A DNA stretch of 64,000 nucleotides from the human T2T-CHM13v2.0 reference genome, Homo sapiens (GCF_009914755.1 NC_060925.1); one strand, 5' to 3'; positions 1 through 14,492 are shown, numbered from the stretch's first letter. Made by a program: numbers and translations. Notes: generated from the letters alone by a model not told the origin.

Positions 1-1097
1 AGTGAGACATGTTTGTGTAGCACTACACTGAAAAAAGATGATTCTTATTGGTATGAAAGTTATTTTGGCATAAGACATTTTAGATTTCTGATAGATTCTG
101 GACTTATGGAGCAATATATATGCTTACATTCAAAATAAAGTTTATCACTGTGCGCCTTTTAGAGCATGTGTTAGAAAACAGTGGCAAAATGTGATCCCAG
201 AGTTAGGGTTCTATTTCCAGGGGAACTCACTAAGCCCTCTTTTACAAGAGCATAAATGTTTACCTAAGCAAGAAGGTGAAATCTGTTATGCCCAATAAAG
301 GACATTTTGCAGTGCTGGTTTACGGAAAACATTCAACAGACAGTGGATGTTTTACATAAAGTACAGTGCGTTGTTTGAAACTCTTTGCTCATCTATACAC
401 TATGCTTAAAATAAACACTATCTGGGAATATACCCGTCTTTTTTCTACCTCCCTTATTCCACACCCTAGATTTTGTCACCTGCCAAAGTCAAATAAATCT
501 TATCTAAACAGTTGAGATAAGCGCCGAGTCGTACCCAGTGTGGTCAAATCAACAAACCTCTCCAAAAACAGAAATGAAATACAATATCGCTAGATTAAAC
601 AGTCTACAATGGTAATCATGTTTGCATTTAAAGATTTTATTCCAAAAGGATCACAGTCTTGGTATCCATTTTTTTCCCTCCTGCCTAGACAAGACGGCGA
701 CATACTGACTCAAACAAAATGCATTTGTTCTCTAACAATTTAACTTGTACAGCTCTTATAAACAAGGCCCATAGGTGTATGAAGCCTACCGACTTAATCA
801 GTAACTTATGTCGTTAACCTTGTATAAGCAAGTATGCTTGAGATGTACCAGTGTTGGATTGTGTATGGGATTTAGTTTTTTCTTGCAGGAAAGCCTTTCT
901 TTATGTAGCCTGAGTGCAAAGTCTATGGCATTCTGGGATTTTATTGTCTGTATCTTACAGTAAAGCTCCATCATGCTAAACTGTTCAAAAAGAGAAGATA
1001 GTACAAATTAAAGTGATTTCTAAATTATAGGATATTATAAAAAATGCAGTTTTCTTCCTTCCTAAGACATATGGTATTTTAACTGTTTGATAACAAG

Positions 1098-1215
1098 GTG
1101 TAAACTCTACTAGGGCAGGAACCGTGTCTGTCTGGTTTATGCTGTATCCTCAGGGCGGACAAGAGTACCTAGCTCAGAATTAGAATTCTGAATATTTGTT
1201 CAATGAATCAATGAT
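1098..1215 (+). mobile_element. L2 3' end fragment
   Basis: agggcaggaaccgtgtctg...gctgtatcctcag...atatttgttcaatgaatcaatga resembles the L2 3' terminus. Confidence 0.7.
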
Positions 1216-1804
1216 GTTTTCCAGAAGATATTCTGTCTTCTCTGTGGATGAATAAAAATATTTTGTAATTATTACATTAATTTCTGATATTTAAAAGCAT
1301 GTCTCTCGAGAGTACATTTTTGTCTTACAGTTTTTAATAAATGGTCTCCTTTCAATGTCGTACCATTTAATTAGCAAAATTTAAAATACGCAATAAAGGA
1401 AGGACAAATGACACAATATCACTCATTTTTTGGTAATATCTCTAAGGTACTGTATTTGTGCATTTCTTACTGTAGAGCAATTTATACACTGACTGCTGGT
1501 TTGAAAATAACCCATTTTTCCATTATTCTTTAAGCAGATCTTCATTTACTTTGGTTCATGAAATTGGGAATTAGCCCAGTTGTATATAGATGCGTGATTT
1601 GAATATACTGTCCTTTTATTTTTAAGGTCCAAACAATAATACGAAACTTATAGTCTTATTTTCTAATTTATATTTTGCTTTATGAGAGCAAATATATCTA
1701 CAAAGGTATATGTGCTATTTAGACATTGACCGAAAACTGAAGAACCTTTCATTTTAGAGTGCCTGCTATAACAAGGACTGTTTTCCACACAATAGAGGAG
1801 TTAC

Positions 1805-1980
1805 CTCTAATCTTTATAATATCCATTTAAGGGGATAATAACATTACCACTGATATGTCTATTTCCCATGTGAATAAACCAAAGCTCATAGAGCTTACCA
1901 AGTCTCTCCAAGAGATGCACAGCTGGTTAGTCACAGAGCCCTGTTTTTAGTTCAGGTCTATCTAAATCCAAAACACAAGG
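1805..1980 (-). mobile_element. MIR SINE (degenerate)
   Basis: Similar to the reverse MIR core (cacagctggttagtcacagagcc...caggtctatctaaatccaaa). Confidence 0.6.
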
Positions 1981-3499
1981 TCTAAGTCTCATGTAATTCT
2001 GGAGAAAACCACAACTTTTGAGTTATTATATTGGTGAGTTAAGACTTCTCAGTAAACATGTTACTGTTTAAACTAGAGCTTTTAATCAGAAGAGAGTAAT
2101 AAAATTTAGAAGTCTTACAAATACAAGGAATAGAACGCCACTATTTAAATTTGGGATCAAAAGAAGAATGCTGTTGGTATATGTGCCATTTAACTGGCCT
2201 TTATCATGGTCTTTAGATAATCCAGAATTACTTGAAATATTACTCACGAGCGTGTGTGCAGGGTTTCAGGTGTATGTTAAGAATGCCTGGCAGCACGTCT
2301 TCTGGCAAGATGCCCACGTTTGTGTGCATACTCAAAGGCCCCAGGTTTCCAGGTGCCCAAGCATCTTAGTGGTGAGATGCAGAAAGAATGCAAGTAGTAT
2401 TTCCTTTCATCTTATCATCGAGTGTAAAATGTTCCGATGAATATGGTAGCAAGTGTCTTCCTTCCTTTGAAATATGAGTTTTCATCAGCTGTTGGATATG
2501 CTCACGTAACTAAGCCAAGCAAAATCCAACACAAATTTAAAAGTTGCTTGGCTACCTCTTTAGAAAATTTTTGTTATGTAATATACATTTTGGAAGTTTT
2601 TAATGTAACTGCCCAGGTGTGCAGATTTTCAGCTGGAGATTGATGCATCAGCATTCTATTCCTTAGAAAACAATGCTGGGTGTGACTCTTGACTCCTTTC
2701 ACATCCAGTTGCACAGTGACATGCACCTCCCGAAGGTTTCTATGCTTTATTGAGTTTCAAATAAAGATTGAGGGATGATAGTTCTAGGCATTTCTGCCAA
2801 GCTGTGTTTTTCTTTTTTTTCTTCTTCCTTCTTACATCTTCTCAGCAGATTAATTAGAACAGTAATTGAAATAAATAAAAATTAAGGCAGCCCTGAAAAT
2901 AAAAATGAGCCTTTTGTATCCACCACAGATTATAGATGCAGAGGAGGAAAAGGAGGCTTCTTCCCCTAGTAATGTCTGTCTGTTGCTCTTTTCTTTGCAG
3001 TTCCTCTCCTCATTACTATTTAGAGGCTCATGCTTGTATTACCATTTGCAGCAGGGATTTTTGCCTATGCCAGTATTTATTTGGCTTTCACTTTCTCAGG
3101 CATTTCGGCCTTTGTGCATTTCTGGAGCCAATAAGGCAAATGTGTGAGTGGTGGCATCCTTTCTTAAGGTTACCTATTATGACTTTTCCCTGGAGGTTCA
3201 GCAATGACTTTTGTTTTTCACATTACACACTTCTTCAGTTGTCTGCTATATGCAGGACACTCTGGCATGATACAATAATGTCTAAGACAAGATCCCTGCT
3301 ATTAGGCTCTTAAAAATCTTCTTGGAGCGACCAACCACATACTTTTATACAATAGAGGGAGTAGCTGGAGTGTATCAGATGGCTTTTATTAATGTTAAAG
3401 GGTGGAATCCAAAGGTAGGGAAAGTCATGAGCCTTGGTATTTATGGAGTGTTTTGGAGATTACTTAGACTGGAGCTTGAAATTGCTATTTTGTTAGAAA

Positions 3500-3870
3500 C
3501 AGCAGTTCGTCCACATTTAGAGCCATACTTTCCAGTTTCCCTTTCCTTCCAGGTGACCATAGGAAACTGATCCGGTCAGTGAGATGTAAGTAGAAGTCTC
3601 CTAAAAATTTATGATCCATCGGCATTGTGCATTTCTTCTTGTTGCTTTCCTCTTTCCTCCTTCGTCTGGCCTGGAATGTGAAAGTGATGGCTGGTACAGT
3701 AGCAGCAATTGTTCCAAGTGAGGAAAAGGAAAAGGCATGTGAAGACCACTTAAAAATTTTGGGCCCTAACATATTTTATCCCCTGAATCAATGGCAACCT
3801 ACCTTAGCTTTGTTCAAGTCTCTATCTACTCAGATATTCTTTTACTTACTGCTGAAAACAATTTTTTAAC
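3500..3870 (+). mobile_element. Old MaLR LTR fragment (MLT1J/K-like)
   Basis: gcctggaatgtgaaagtgatggctggtacagtagcagcaatt is the typical MLT1J/K core motif. Confidence 0.5.
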
Positions 3871-4829
3871 TGATTCAAATGTATTTAGCACTTTGGCCAT
3901 ATTGTCATGTGGGTAATTGTCAGGATTTCATTCATATTTCAAATAATCTTCATCACTATATTCTAACTAGATGCCCATATCACTCCCTAATATGAGCCAA
4001 TCTTTTAAGCTGGGGGGGAGGATTGAGTTAGAAACAAACAGTCAGGAATGACTGACATTTTCCCCCTCATCTAGACCCTGTGTTTTCATTTTACTTCCTA
4101 ATAAACTCAAAGATATTGGAATTCAGTTTTTATTTCTCTTTAATTCCACTAGAATACAGATGATAGCTTCTATAAAAGCACTTTCCCTTCCCCAGCTGTC
4201 CACTCTTGGAATTCTTTGTCCATCTACACAACTTTTCCTCAACTTTATATTGTTTTGTCTTTTAACACCTAAAGACAAACACAAACTTAGCTAGGTAAGA
4301 AGAGGGAAATATTTCTACTATTAGATGAAGGATTATAAAAGAAAGGCAGAGAAACTTTCTAAGTTGTAATCTGTCTTCTAGCTTCAGAGTCCCTCAAATT
4401 TTTAAGGACCTTTTCTGGGTCCTTAAAAACGTAAAAACTAATAGGCAATGTAGTGAGTAAGTTCTGTGAACAGAAGGATCACCAGGGACACAGCTTCTGG
4501 CTGGGCTAGAGTGTGAACCAAGTGCTTTATATCTGGCAGGCATATGGTCAGAGGGAGTACGTGATTCTATGGTTTTTGTTAATCTTAACTCGCTGGGATC
4601 TACTCTCAGGAACTGGTCAACCTTTTCTTTCCTGTTATTTGGATGTTGGCCTTCCTAAATTTGTCTAAATTTCTTGGCTTTTTCCTCTTCGTTTCCTTTT
4701 TGATCTACTTTTGGGAAATTCTCACATGTATTTCCCAAATCTTCTATTGGGTTTTTCTGTTACCCTGTTTTTTGTTTGAAGAAACATTTTGTTCAATTAG
4801 GAGGGTGTTGCAAGAATTGCAGGCAATAA

Positions 4830-5550
4830 TCGGGAATGTCTGAGAATGGGGTGGTAGGGGTGGGTGTGGTGAGGTGAAGTCATATTCTGGATGTGTTTGG
4901 AATGTGAAGCCAACACGATTCATGATGTGTTGGATGTGGAAGGTGAGGGGAAGGGAGGAATTAAGGACAGTTCCTCTGAACACCAAGCAGATGGAGGCTC
5001 CGTCATGTAAGACAGAAGAACATGTATAGAGTGTGCTGTCTGTTAGACACCCAAGTGGTGATGCTGAGAAGGCTGTTGGTTCTATAAGTGAGGAGTTCAG
5101 GAAGGAGGTCGGAAGCTGGAGATGAAAGTGCTGGAGTATTTCAAGCCCACCGTGAGACTGGGCGAGACCACCAAGGCGGTGAGTGTAGATAGAGGTAAGA
5201 AAGGGTGGCAGTAGTGAGCCCTAGGACATTCCAAAAATGAGAGGTTAGGGAGAGAAAGAGCCAGCAGGGGAGACTGAGGAATGGGGAACATTAGAAGTAG
5301 GAGGAAGAGGAAGAGAGAGTGGTATCCTGGAAGCTAGGATAAATGTTTAGCACGTGTATCGGAAGGAATTTATAACTGTGTCACATGCTGCCAAGGGTTG
5401 AGAAATGTGCATTTGGATTTCACAAGATCTAAAACACTGGTGACTCAGTAATCAGAGCAAAGACTTGATGAGTGGGTTTAGGAAGTGATGGGCAGAGAAG
5501 AAGGTGGGGACAACAAGTATTGACGACACTTTGTAGGAGTTGGAAGAGTT
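4830..5550 (-). mobile_element. L2 fragment
   Basis: Purine-rich reverse-L2 motifs (attctggatgtgtttgga..., ttggatgtggaaggtgagggg..., tgttagacacccaagtgg...). Confidence 0.75.
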
Positions 5551-7394
5551 TTACTGCTTTATTTTTTTTTCCTTTTTTTCCCCCGCTCTGGTTTCTAACA
5601 TCCCTTGTAGAGGCTTCCCATAGATGATTTGATCCTTGGCTGTCTGTTCTTGCTTAAGTCTAAAAGGTGATGAGAAGCCCTGAGTCTTCATGTTGGGCTC
5701 TTGGACTTTGAGTTCAGTGTAGCATTTTCGGTGTGGGTTTTTTGTCGGGTATTCACCCATGTCTTTATCTTTTGGTCTTTTTTCCTGGGATGGAGAGATT
5801 TCCTGGAGACTTCCCATTTCTGGCTTGGGGTGTAAAGGCCTGTCTGGCAGTGTTCTGGACCCTAAATTGGGGGAGGAGGGCTGAATGGAGGTATGGAGGC
5901 TTTTGTATTCAACATGCAGTACTCCACATGGTCCCTGTGTATTCAGCATAGCAACCTATCCTACAATTGTGATTGCTGTGTCTTTGTCCAGAGACTTAGA
6001 TTTAATTTCTCAAGAAAATCAACCTGATGAAGTTGGGAAGGACTTTTTCAGAATGAGCATGTAACTGACTGACTGGCAGCATTCATCCAGTGCTCCTTGT
6101 TTCTGATATTCCTTGCTTTACCCTCAGTTGGACAAGTGCCTGTTGCCAGTTCCTTGGCCTTCAGGGTTGGTGCTCAGTTTTCTCAGTGAAAGTTATGGTT
6201 TTATCATTTTAAGGTCTACGAAACTGAGTAGAGCTGGCTTCCACATTTTGTTGCTGTCATCTCATCTTCTTTCTTCCAGTCCTTATGGGTTTACTTTTTT
6301 AAATATGTTTTTACTATAGCTTTAGTGAAACTTCAGGAGAGAACAAAATCAAATGTGTGTACTTCCTGTGCCATCTTAATCAGAGATGCTTCCCAGCAGT
6401 ACGTATTAATACATATCACAGTGCAAATGGAATGAAGCAATCTGAATGTTAGGTGATGCTATTAAGATTTAGACCATCTATTTAGTAGTCGTTCACTTTC
6501 AAACTCTGTCACTTTGAGGATCTTTTACACCTGACAACGCAGTTCTTTCTGCTGTTTGCACAAGCTCTACCTTGTGCTTTTATTGTGGTGTAATTGTTGT
6601 GTAGTTATTTGTCGATGTGTCTTTCTACTTCACTATACTGTCAGCTCTTCTAGATGGGGGAGTGTGTATAACTCCAGATTCCCAAAATGTTTTGTAGGAC
6701 ATTTACAAAAGAGATAACAAATACTGTCAGATACATTTCAATTACGCATCCCCAAAATGTAAAAGTTTCTATTTCACTGAAATATACAGTGAAACAAAAA
6801 TTAACTGCTTACATGTCCTCGTCGTCCTGATTTTAAAGTCGAAATGACATGCTCCCTGCAGTTCCTCAGAGAGATCTCTTACAAAATGTAGTTTCCTGGT
6901 AGCTAGAGTAAGATGACAAACCTGACTCTTAAATGAGAGGATGCTTCTGATCTCTGCTACATAAGATGAGTGTCTGCTCAAACAAAGGTCTTTGCTTCTC
7001 AGCAGCTTGCAAAGCTAACTTCATCAAAGCTTTTCCTGTGGCTTCTGTATTTTAAATGGGGTAAAGATGCTTTCTTCAAGCCCTTATACTCTGCCAGTGA
7101 AAAGAGGGCATGAACCGTAAATATGGGCTGATTTGTACTCATTTTGTGTTTAAGCTTCTGCTGACTCTACTTCTCTTTCCATGTACTTTAACCCAAATTA
7201 GTGTTAATGGCTTCCCTCTGGTTACTTGTTTAGTCTTCTATGTTACTATCAGTACAACTGAAACTGTCATTTTTCTTTTTGCTGAGAATGTTTTCAACCT
7301 GGTTCATCTGAAACCTCTCAATCTAAGATACTGATTTGGAGAGAGATTAAAAAAAACATTTTCCATTATAGGAATGTGAAATGGGCCGTAATAA

Positions 7395-7590
7395 TAATCA
7401 CAACAACCAACATTTTCTGAGTGTTTGCTTTGTGCGTGGCACTGCATTTGACTTTTATTATTTAATCTCCTGCAAGAACTCTGTAGGGCAGGTCCTCTTC
7501 TTATTAGGTCCATTCTGCAGATGAGGAACTTGAGACTCTCTGGGTTATGCAGATAATAAGTTGTGTGGTCACTGTGCCCCACTGCCTTCC
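7395..7590 (-). mobile_element. MIR SINE
   Basis: cccattctgcagatgaggaacttgagact matches the MIR core. Confidence 0.75.
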
Positions 7591-8206
7591 AGTGCCATCA
7601 GGTGGCAATGTGACATGACATATTATCTTTGTGTTCTGTATTTTTGAGCTATGATGTCAGCTAGAGTGAAGTTAGTTATTTATGAAAGGACAATCAGAGT
7701 GATCTCAAAGAAAGGTCAGTTTATCCAGTAAAATTAAAGGCAGAGTTGATTTTCAGGAATTGCTAACCTCAGCCTGTTTTAGCCTTTCAGCATTCGAGAA
7801 AGATGTTTTTCCAAGTCTTTTGTGTACTGGGTTCTTCTAGATAGAGAAAGGATACAACAGTGAATGAAGCATGACCATGTAATTATGGAGGGAAGGGTCT
7901 GTCCATATTGTCTCACACGTCTCTGTATATCTACAGAACGTATCTCATATGATCTCTATTTATAGAAATGATGAGGTTTAGCTGATTTGATAGGTTATGC
8001 CTAAACCAGAAGCCAGCCTTCCTGACTAGTGCACTTTTTCTTTCCACTGAATCATGATGCTTCTCCATGTCTTTTGTCAACCTAGAGCCTAATAGGAGAA
8101 TAAAAACATTCGAATTAATGAAATTAACACAAGGTAGAGACCCATAGAGCAACACAAGTTGGAAGCTGAAGTCCAAGGAACAGAGAGCCATGGGTTAGCA
8201 ATGTGT

Positions 8207-8765
8207 TGTGATGGGCAGCCCCTCAGATGGTCCCTGGAGATCCCCACCTTCTGAGACTCACGGCCCTGTGATATTCCCTAGCCCTTATATGTGGGCTACA
8301 CTCACGACTCACACTGAATAGAATAGAACAGAACAGGGGTGATGGGATGTCACTTCCAAAATAAGGTTACAAAGAGAAGGAGGCCCTGTCTCGTATGCCC
8401 TTTCTGTCTCACTCTAAGGGAAGCCAACTACCTTGAGAGTTGTCTATGAAGAAGCCCATCTGGCAAGAAACTGAGTCAGACTTCCAGCCAACCAGTAGTG
8501 AGATGCTGAGGCCCTCAGCCTGAGGAACTGAATCCTGCCAACAGCCTGTGAGTAAGGCTGGAAACAGATCTTCCTGCAGAGCCTTCAGATGAGACCGTAG
8601 CCCCCGCCAACACTGTGATTGCAGTCTTATGGGAGACCTTGAGGCAAAGGCCCCTAGCTGAGCTGCACCTGGATTTGTGACCCACAGAACGTGTGAGATA
8701 ATCCATGTGTGCTCTGTAAGCCCCTAAGCTTTGGTGTAACTTGCCCTGCAGAAATGAATAACACA
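8207..8765 (+). mobile_element. MLT1F-like solo LTR (ERVL-MaLR)
   Basis: TG...CA ends; gatgggatgtcacttcc, gccttcagatgagaccgtagccccc, gacccacagaacgtgtgagataat motifs. Confidence 0.85.
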
Positions 8766-8971
8766 CTTGGTAATAAACACTGTGAGATTTTCTAGTTTGG
8801 GGCATCTTTACCACCAGTTTAGCAGGTCACACAGGAAAGATTAAAGTAGGTGACTGCAGTGGCTGGGATAAGTGTTCATGGCTTATGAAAGGAAGGGGCC
8901 ATCAAGCACAGCCCTGAGAGACTGCTCCAGTCCTGTCTCATCCAACAGATCCCTGATTTTAAAAAATATCA

Positions 8972-9410
<439 letters not shown>

Positions 9411-10440
9411 TCAAAATATGTGAAAGATCAACAAATTTGTCTAATAATGTTTTGTTGAAGTGCTTTGTTTTAAATGAGTTCCTTTTAAGGCACATTTAAA
9501 ATAAGTCCTTTCCCTTCTGTGCAGTTCTTTGAAAGTATAGAGACAGGATTCATTTTATCATGTAAACATTCATACAGATAGATTACTTTGCTCTCTAGCC
9601 TGTGGGTAATTCAACATTTGTAGTAAGTTAGAATAAGAAGCATGTACCACATTTCTGGTGCTGACAAAGGCAGCCACGGAGGAGAACACGTTAATAGCAA
9701 AGACCAAGTGTCCAAGGATAGACACCTGCCTGCGCACAGTCAAGAGTGGGACTGTTTCTTATGTTGAGTCTATAATGCTTGGTTGTTTTGAATTGCTTTA
9801 TTCTTTTATTTTTTTAATGTAATGCAGTCATCGATCAAAATCTTAAAATCAAAAGAAAACAGATTTCTTTTTCTGTTTGGACATTTTGAGACATTTTAAA
9901 TATCTTAGGTTAAATTGACGATTGGACTTCCAAAACAGGCCATTTCATTTTTCATTTTTTAACAGCATGCTTTAACAACAATGACATTGGATCTTAGCGA
10001 GCTCATACCGGTGGAGCAAGTTCGTACCGGAGGAGTTCATGATGAGAATAGCTATTGTGAAATTAACTTTTAACTATTGAACGCAAATGTTTAGTCCTGA
10101 ACCTAGTTTTAATTTAGCACCTAGTTTTAATCTAATTTCTGAACCAATGTGTTTACAGGTAACATACACCTTAAAATTAATCACACCCATTATTCCAAGC
10201 CTTTCTGAATTATTTTTCTACTATATAATTACTTATTTTCCCCACATGATAAGCATATGCTATAAACGAAAGTTATCCCACTTGATAAAGTCTCAGAGAA
10301 GTTTAGTGTCTTGATCAAAGACACACAGCCATTTGGTATGAAAGCCTGAAAGATTACTATGTTCTACTCTCTATCTAGACATTGGCATTTGATAAAATCG
10401 TAGACAAGAATTGTTGTCTATTTTGGTCTGGAGTGATGTC

Positions 10441-10788
<348 letters not shown>

Positions 10789-11947
10789 TGATTAGTAACA
10801 CGTGGTCATTTGTAGGTTGTTTAAAGGAAGTGGTAAATATCTCCGTTGTTTTAATCCTGGAAATGTAGCATATTTGACAAATAAGTGAATAATCTTTTAA
10901 TGTGCAAAAAAGGTCTATAGTTCCTCTCAACACCTTTCTCCTTGAACCCACTCACATAAAAACAGAACAGATGCTTCCTGGTTAAATTGATTTATATATA
11001 TTTTTGAGAAAGTGATTAAAACTGCATTGTAGACCTGCAGGGGGTGGGTGGGGGTGGGAATTGTAAAGAGTCGCAGACAAGGATGGGTGTTACTCAGCAT
11101 CTTAAAGCAGCAAGGAGGAAATGAGTGTGAGATATCTGACCTCCAATCTGAAATGTAATCACATTAACGCCTTGCTGAATATTAGAGAATAAAGTAATCT
11201 GAACTAAACATTTATCACTGAATATTCTTTTAAATTTTGGATTTATCTGAAATCTAGTCTTCTGCTTAATCATTTAAATGCTAATAAACAAGACAGAGTA
11301 TAATGAAGAAGCCCAGGTAGTTCTGTACCAGGCTCTCTTGTTTCACTCTAATGGTTTATCATTCAGGTAAAGGTTCCATCCCTCAGTAGATGCAGTTGGA
11401 ATGGATTTTTTGTTTTTCTTTTTTTTGGATACACGGGGAAGCTAAAACACAAATTGAAAAAAAGTCAACTCGTTTAACCTTGGGCTTCATAGCAAGGCTC
11501 ACTTGAGCAGGAAGGATGTTCTAATAGTTGAATTTATGTGAAAAGTTGGCATGGGGAGGTAACATTAACCAACTACATGTCAGACCCTTTTACTTGTTAT
11601 TGCCTCTAAGCCCCACAAAAACCCCAAACCAAAACTTGGCTAATATTTTCCATTATTTCCTTGCCCCTGCCCCATAAAGGAACTGAAACTTATAAAAAGT
11701 AACTTACTTGAAGTAATGCAGCAGCAAATAAAAATTTAAATTTAAACTTAGTTTAGTTCGATTCCATGTTCTATGTTTGTTCCACATCAGGAAACAGCAT
11801 CTTGTAAAAATAATATTCCCTTTGGAGGAACTGTCACCTTGATATAATTTCAATACTCAGGTTCTTTCCTCCGAAACAAGGCTGAAATTTTGGACTTGGA
11901 ACCAAGAAATTTCTGAGGAGTTTTTTCTTTGAATCTTTTTGCCACCG

Positions 11948-12010
11948 AAATAAATAAATACATAAATAAGTAAGTAGGTAAGTACATAAGTAAATAAGTA
12001 AAAAATAAAA
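11948..12010 (+). repeat. (TAAA/TAAG)n simple repeat
   Basis: aataaataaatacataaataagtaagtaggtaagtacataagtaaataagta. Confidence 0.8.
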
Positions 12011-14492
12011 AATGCATTCAGTCATTCTTAGCATGATCTAGAACTCTGATCATGGTATTCTCTTCTCTGTGCATTACCAGTTGTCTGCAGACTTTCAAGG
12101 CTGGGCTATTCAGCATATTCCCACCCAAATAGCTCCAACTTCAAATCATTATTACTCAAGTAACTGTTAACACTTCTAGTATACTAGTGTAATCCCTGAT
12201 GTATAGGAAACACCTCACATTTGTTGAATACATTTGGGAATGCTTATTTCCTTGATTTTAGAATTCCATCCATTGAAAATGTACCATTGACCAAATCACA
12301 GATTTTAAGGAAGGGAGAAATGGAAGATGCTACTAAACGTCTAGTAACATAGACATTTTGATCTAAGTCCTGATTTCTGAAATGTTAGCATATGCTTTTT
12401 AAACTGGGGAGGAAGTATGGCACTTCGATAATTGTAATCTTTCCCAAATTGCTTCTTTTACCTTTATTTCCTGTCTAGAATTTCTATCACTGCATCCATT
12501 CATCTGTCAGTATTTAATCTTTCTTTCTTTTTGGCTACAAAAGCATGATTAGATTTTGCCCTGAAAACTGCTCGTTCCCATTTGAATTGTGTTAATTTCT
12601 CTCAGGTCAACTAGGGGGAAGTTATATGGAGAAACAGTAACAGTGCTGCTTTCCAGTGAGATTTTCTGTGGATGAGTAAAAAATGAGATTTCATGGGTTA
12701 GGACCCTTTGAGAACTTGTTTAGGAGCACATAACATGTATTAAGATATTCATTATTAAGAATATTCTTTCGATCTCATGTATATGACATTGCATGAGATA
12801 GAAAGATGAGAAACCTCAGGATATTCACAAGTTTTATGTGGGGAAAACTTGTGGGTATAATAGTATGGTTTAAAATGATGGATAAAGTCAAAGGACAACT
12901 GTGTACTTTATGAGCTTTGAATTGATCATGAATGATTTTATTGTGTTTCTTTGCCTTGTTCTGGGGATGAAATCTGACACCAAGTTGACCCCTTGCATTT
13001 CCTTTATAGTTTTCTTATCATGTAGAGAATTACTGGATTATTAGCTAGCTGATGAATTCCAAAATCAGAAACCTTTGGATTCACTGTAAGATATTCTTGA
13101 AGAGCTAGACTCTGCACAAATTGAAAGAAGATAATTCCATACATAAATTTACTGTTTTTACTTGGGTTTTGTGCCTTTTCTTACATATTATCACAGCAAA
13201 ATTATTAGCTAATCCTTTTTAATTAATTTTTGAAATATAGTCAAAGGTATTTGGACTGTGCCTTTACTACTTTGAAACATTAAAGTTCACGATATTTTTG
13301 CCTTATATGGTCTAATGAATAAGATTTGTCTGAGACTCTTACTCTTAGATATGTATTTCACACCTAATTTTTTTGGAAATTGAGATAGTGGATTATTATT
13401 AGGGTGGAAGTATCATATTCTACTTGGTACAATATTTTTTGGTGAATCTGGGCTCCCTTCCCAGCTCCAAATACAAATGCTAAATTACCTTGTTTAGATT
13501 TCTTATCCATCCTGTGCTTCGATTTCCCACTTGTCTTTTTAAATTCTTTCTTGGGATTTTGCCAGAGTCAACTAGAAAATGTCTCATGTGAAACTTTGAG
13601 AGAAGAGACATTGTAAAATGCCTCTTATCAAAATAAATATATCCAGTTTGTGATTATTCACTTGGTGATTTTTGTCCCGGAAATTTTTAACTCCCCAAGA
13701 GCTTCACTGGCTACTTGGCACAAATTCTATCAAGGCAAATTCACCTTGTTTCTACCAAATATCCATGTAGAAAACACAGAATGATTTGTATTAACCTATG
13801 CCTAAAGCAAGTAATAAAGCACACCTACTCCAAAATACAATACAAATTTCCCCAGGCAACAAATGCGTAAAGAAAATATTGCTGATTTTTCTATTATCTA
13901 TCCTGCTTCTTCCTTGTATAACCATGGGTAGTATATATTTGAAGGATGGATTTTTAAGGTAGGATCTGTGCTAATACCACTACCAATATAAAAGATTCAT
14001 CCTTTGATTATAATATTTTGAGGAATTATAATAGGAAATGCCCCCATCATTTTTATACTAAGTCCATCTGTTTAATGATTAAATTTCACCTTTGTCAAAG
14101 GTCCTAGATATACTGGTGAATTTAAGCATTTATTGATATAAAACTGGGATGTAGCATTCACTGGAGTGATTTGCTTATTTTGCTGGTATGAAGCAGATTT
14201 TTCAAATTCATTCAGTTCGGCTGTGAAAAACAGACCTCACAGTTTCTCTCTGACCTTTGCCTGGGCCATTTTCATGGGATTTAGTATTTGCGGAGCAAGT
14301 GAAAGCTTTAACACTTGACACCTGGCCCAGCGAAATTCCTGGTGCAGGCTTTGCAGTGGGGGCAAGGGGAAACATTGAAGTTAAAGCCCCTGCTCCCTCT
14401 GGCTGCTGAGCCGTGAGCCTGCTGCCTGAGATGGTCAAACATCTTTTCACAGGTGGCTTATGGCAATTTATATTCTTCTTTTTTTTCCACAG

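Noticed and set aside
5551-5949. 132-aa minus-strand ORF
   Set aside because: No recognisable homology or exon context; lies in old repeat-like sequence and is within the chance range.
7785-7801. 17-mer tttcagcattcgagaaa shared with ~39460-39476, containing a TTCnnGAA heat-shock-like unit
   Set aside because: One 17-mer match within 64 kb is plausible by chance (roughly 0.1 expected), and only two nGAAn units are present.
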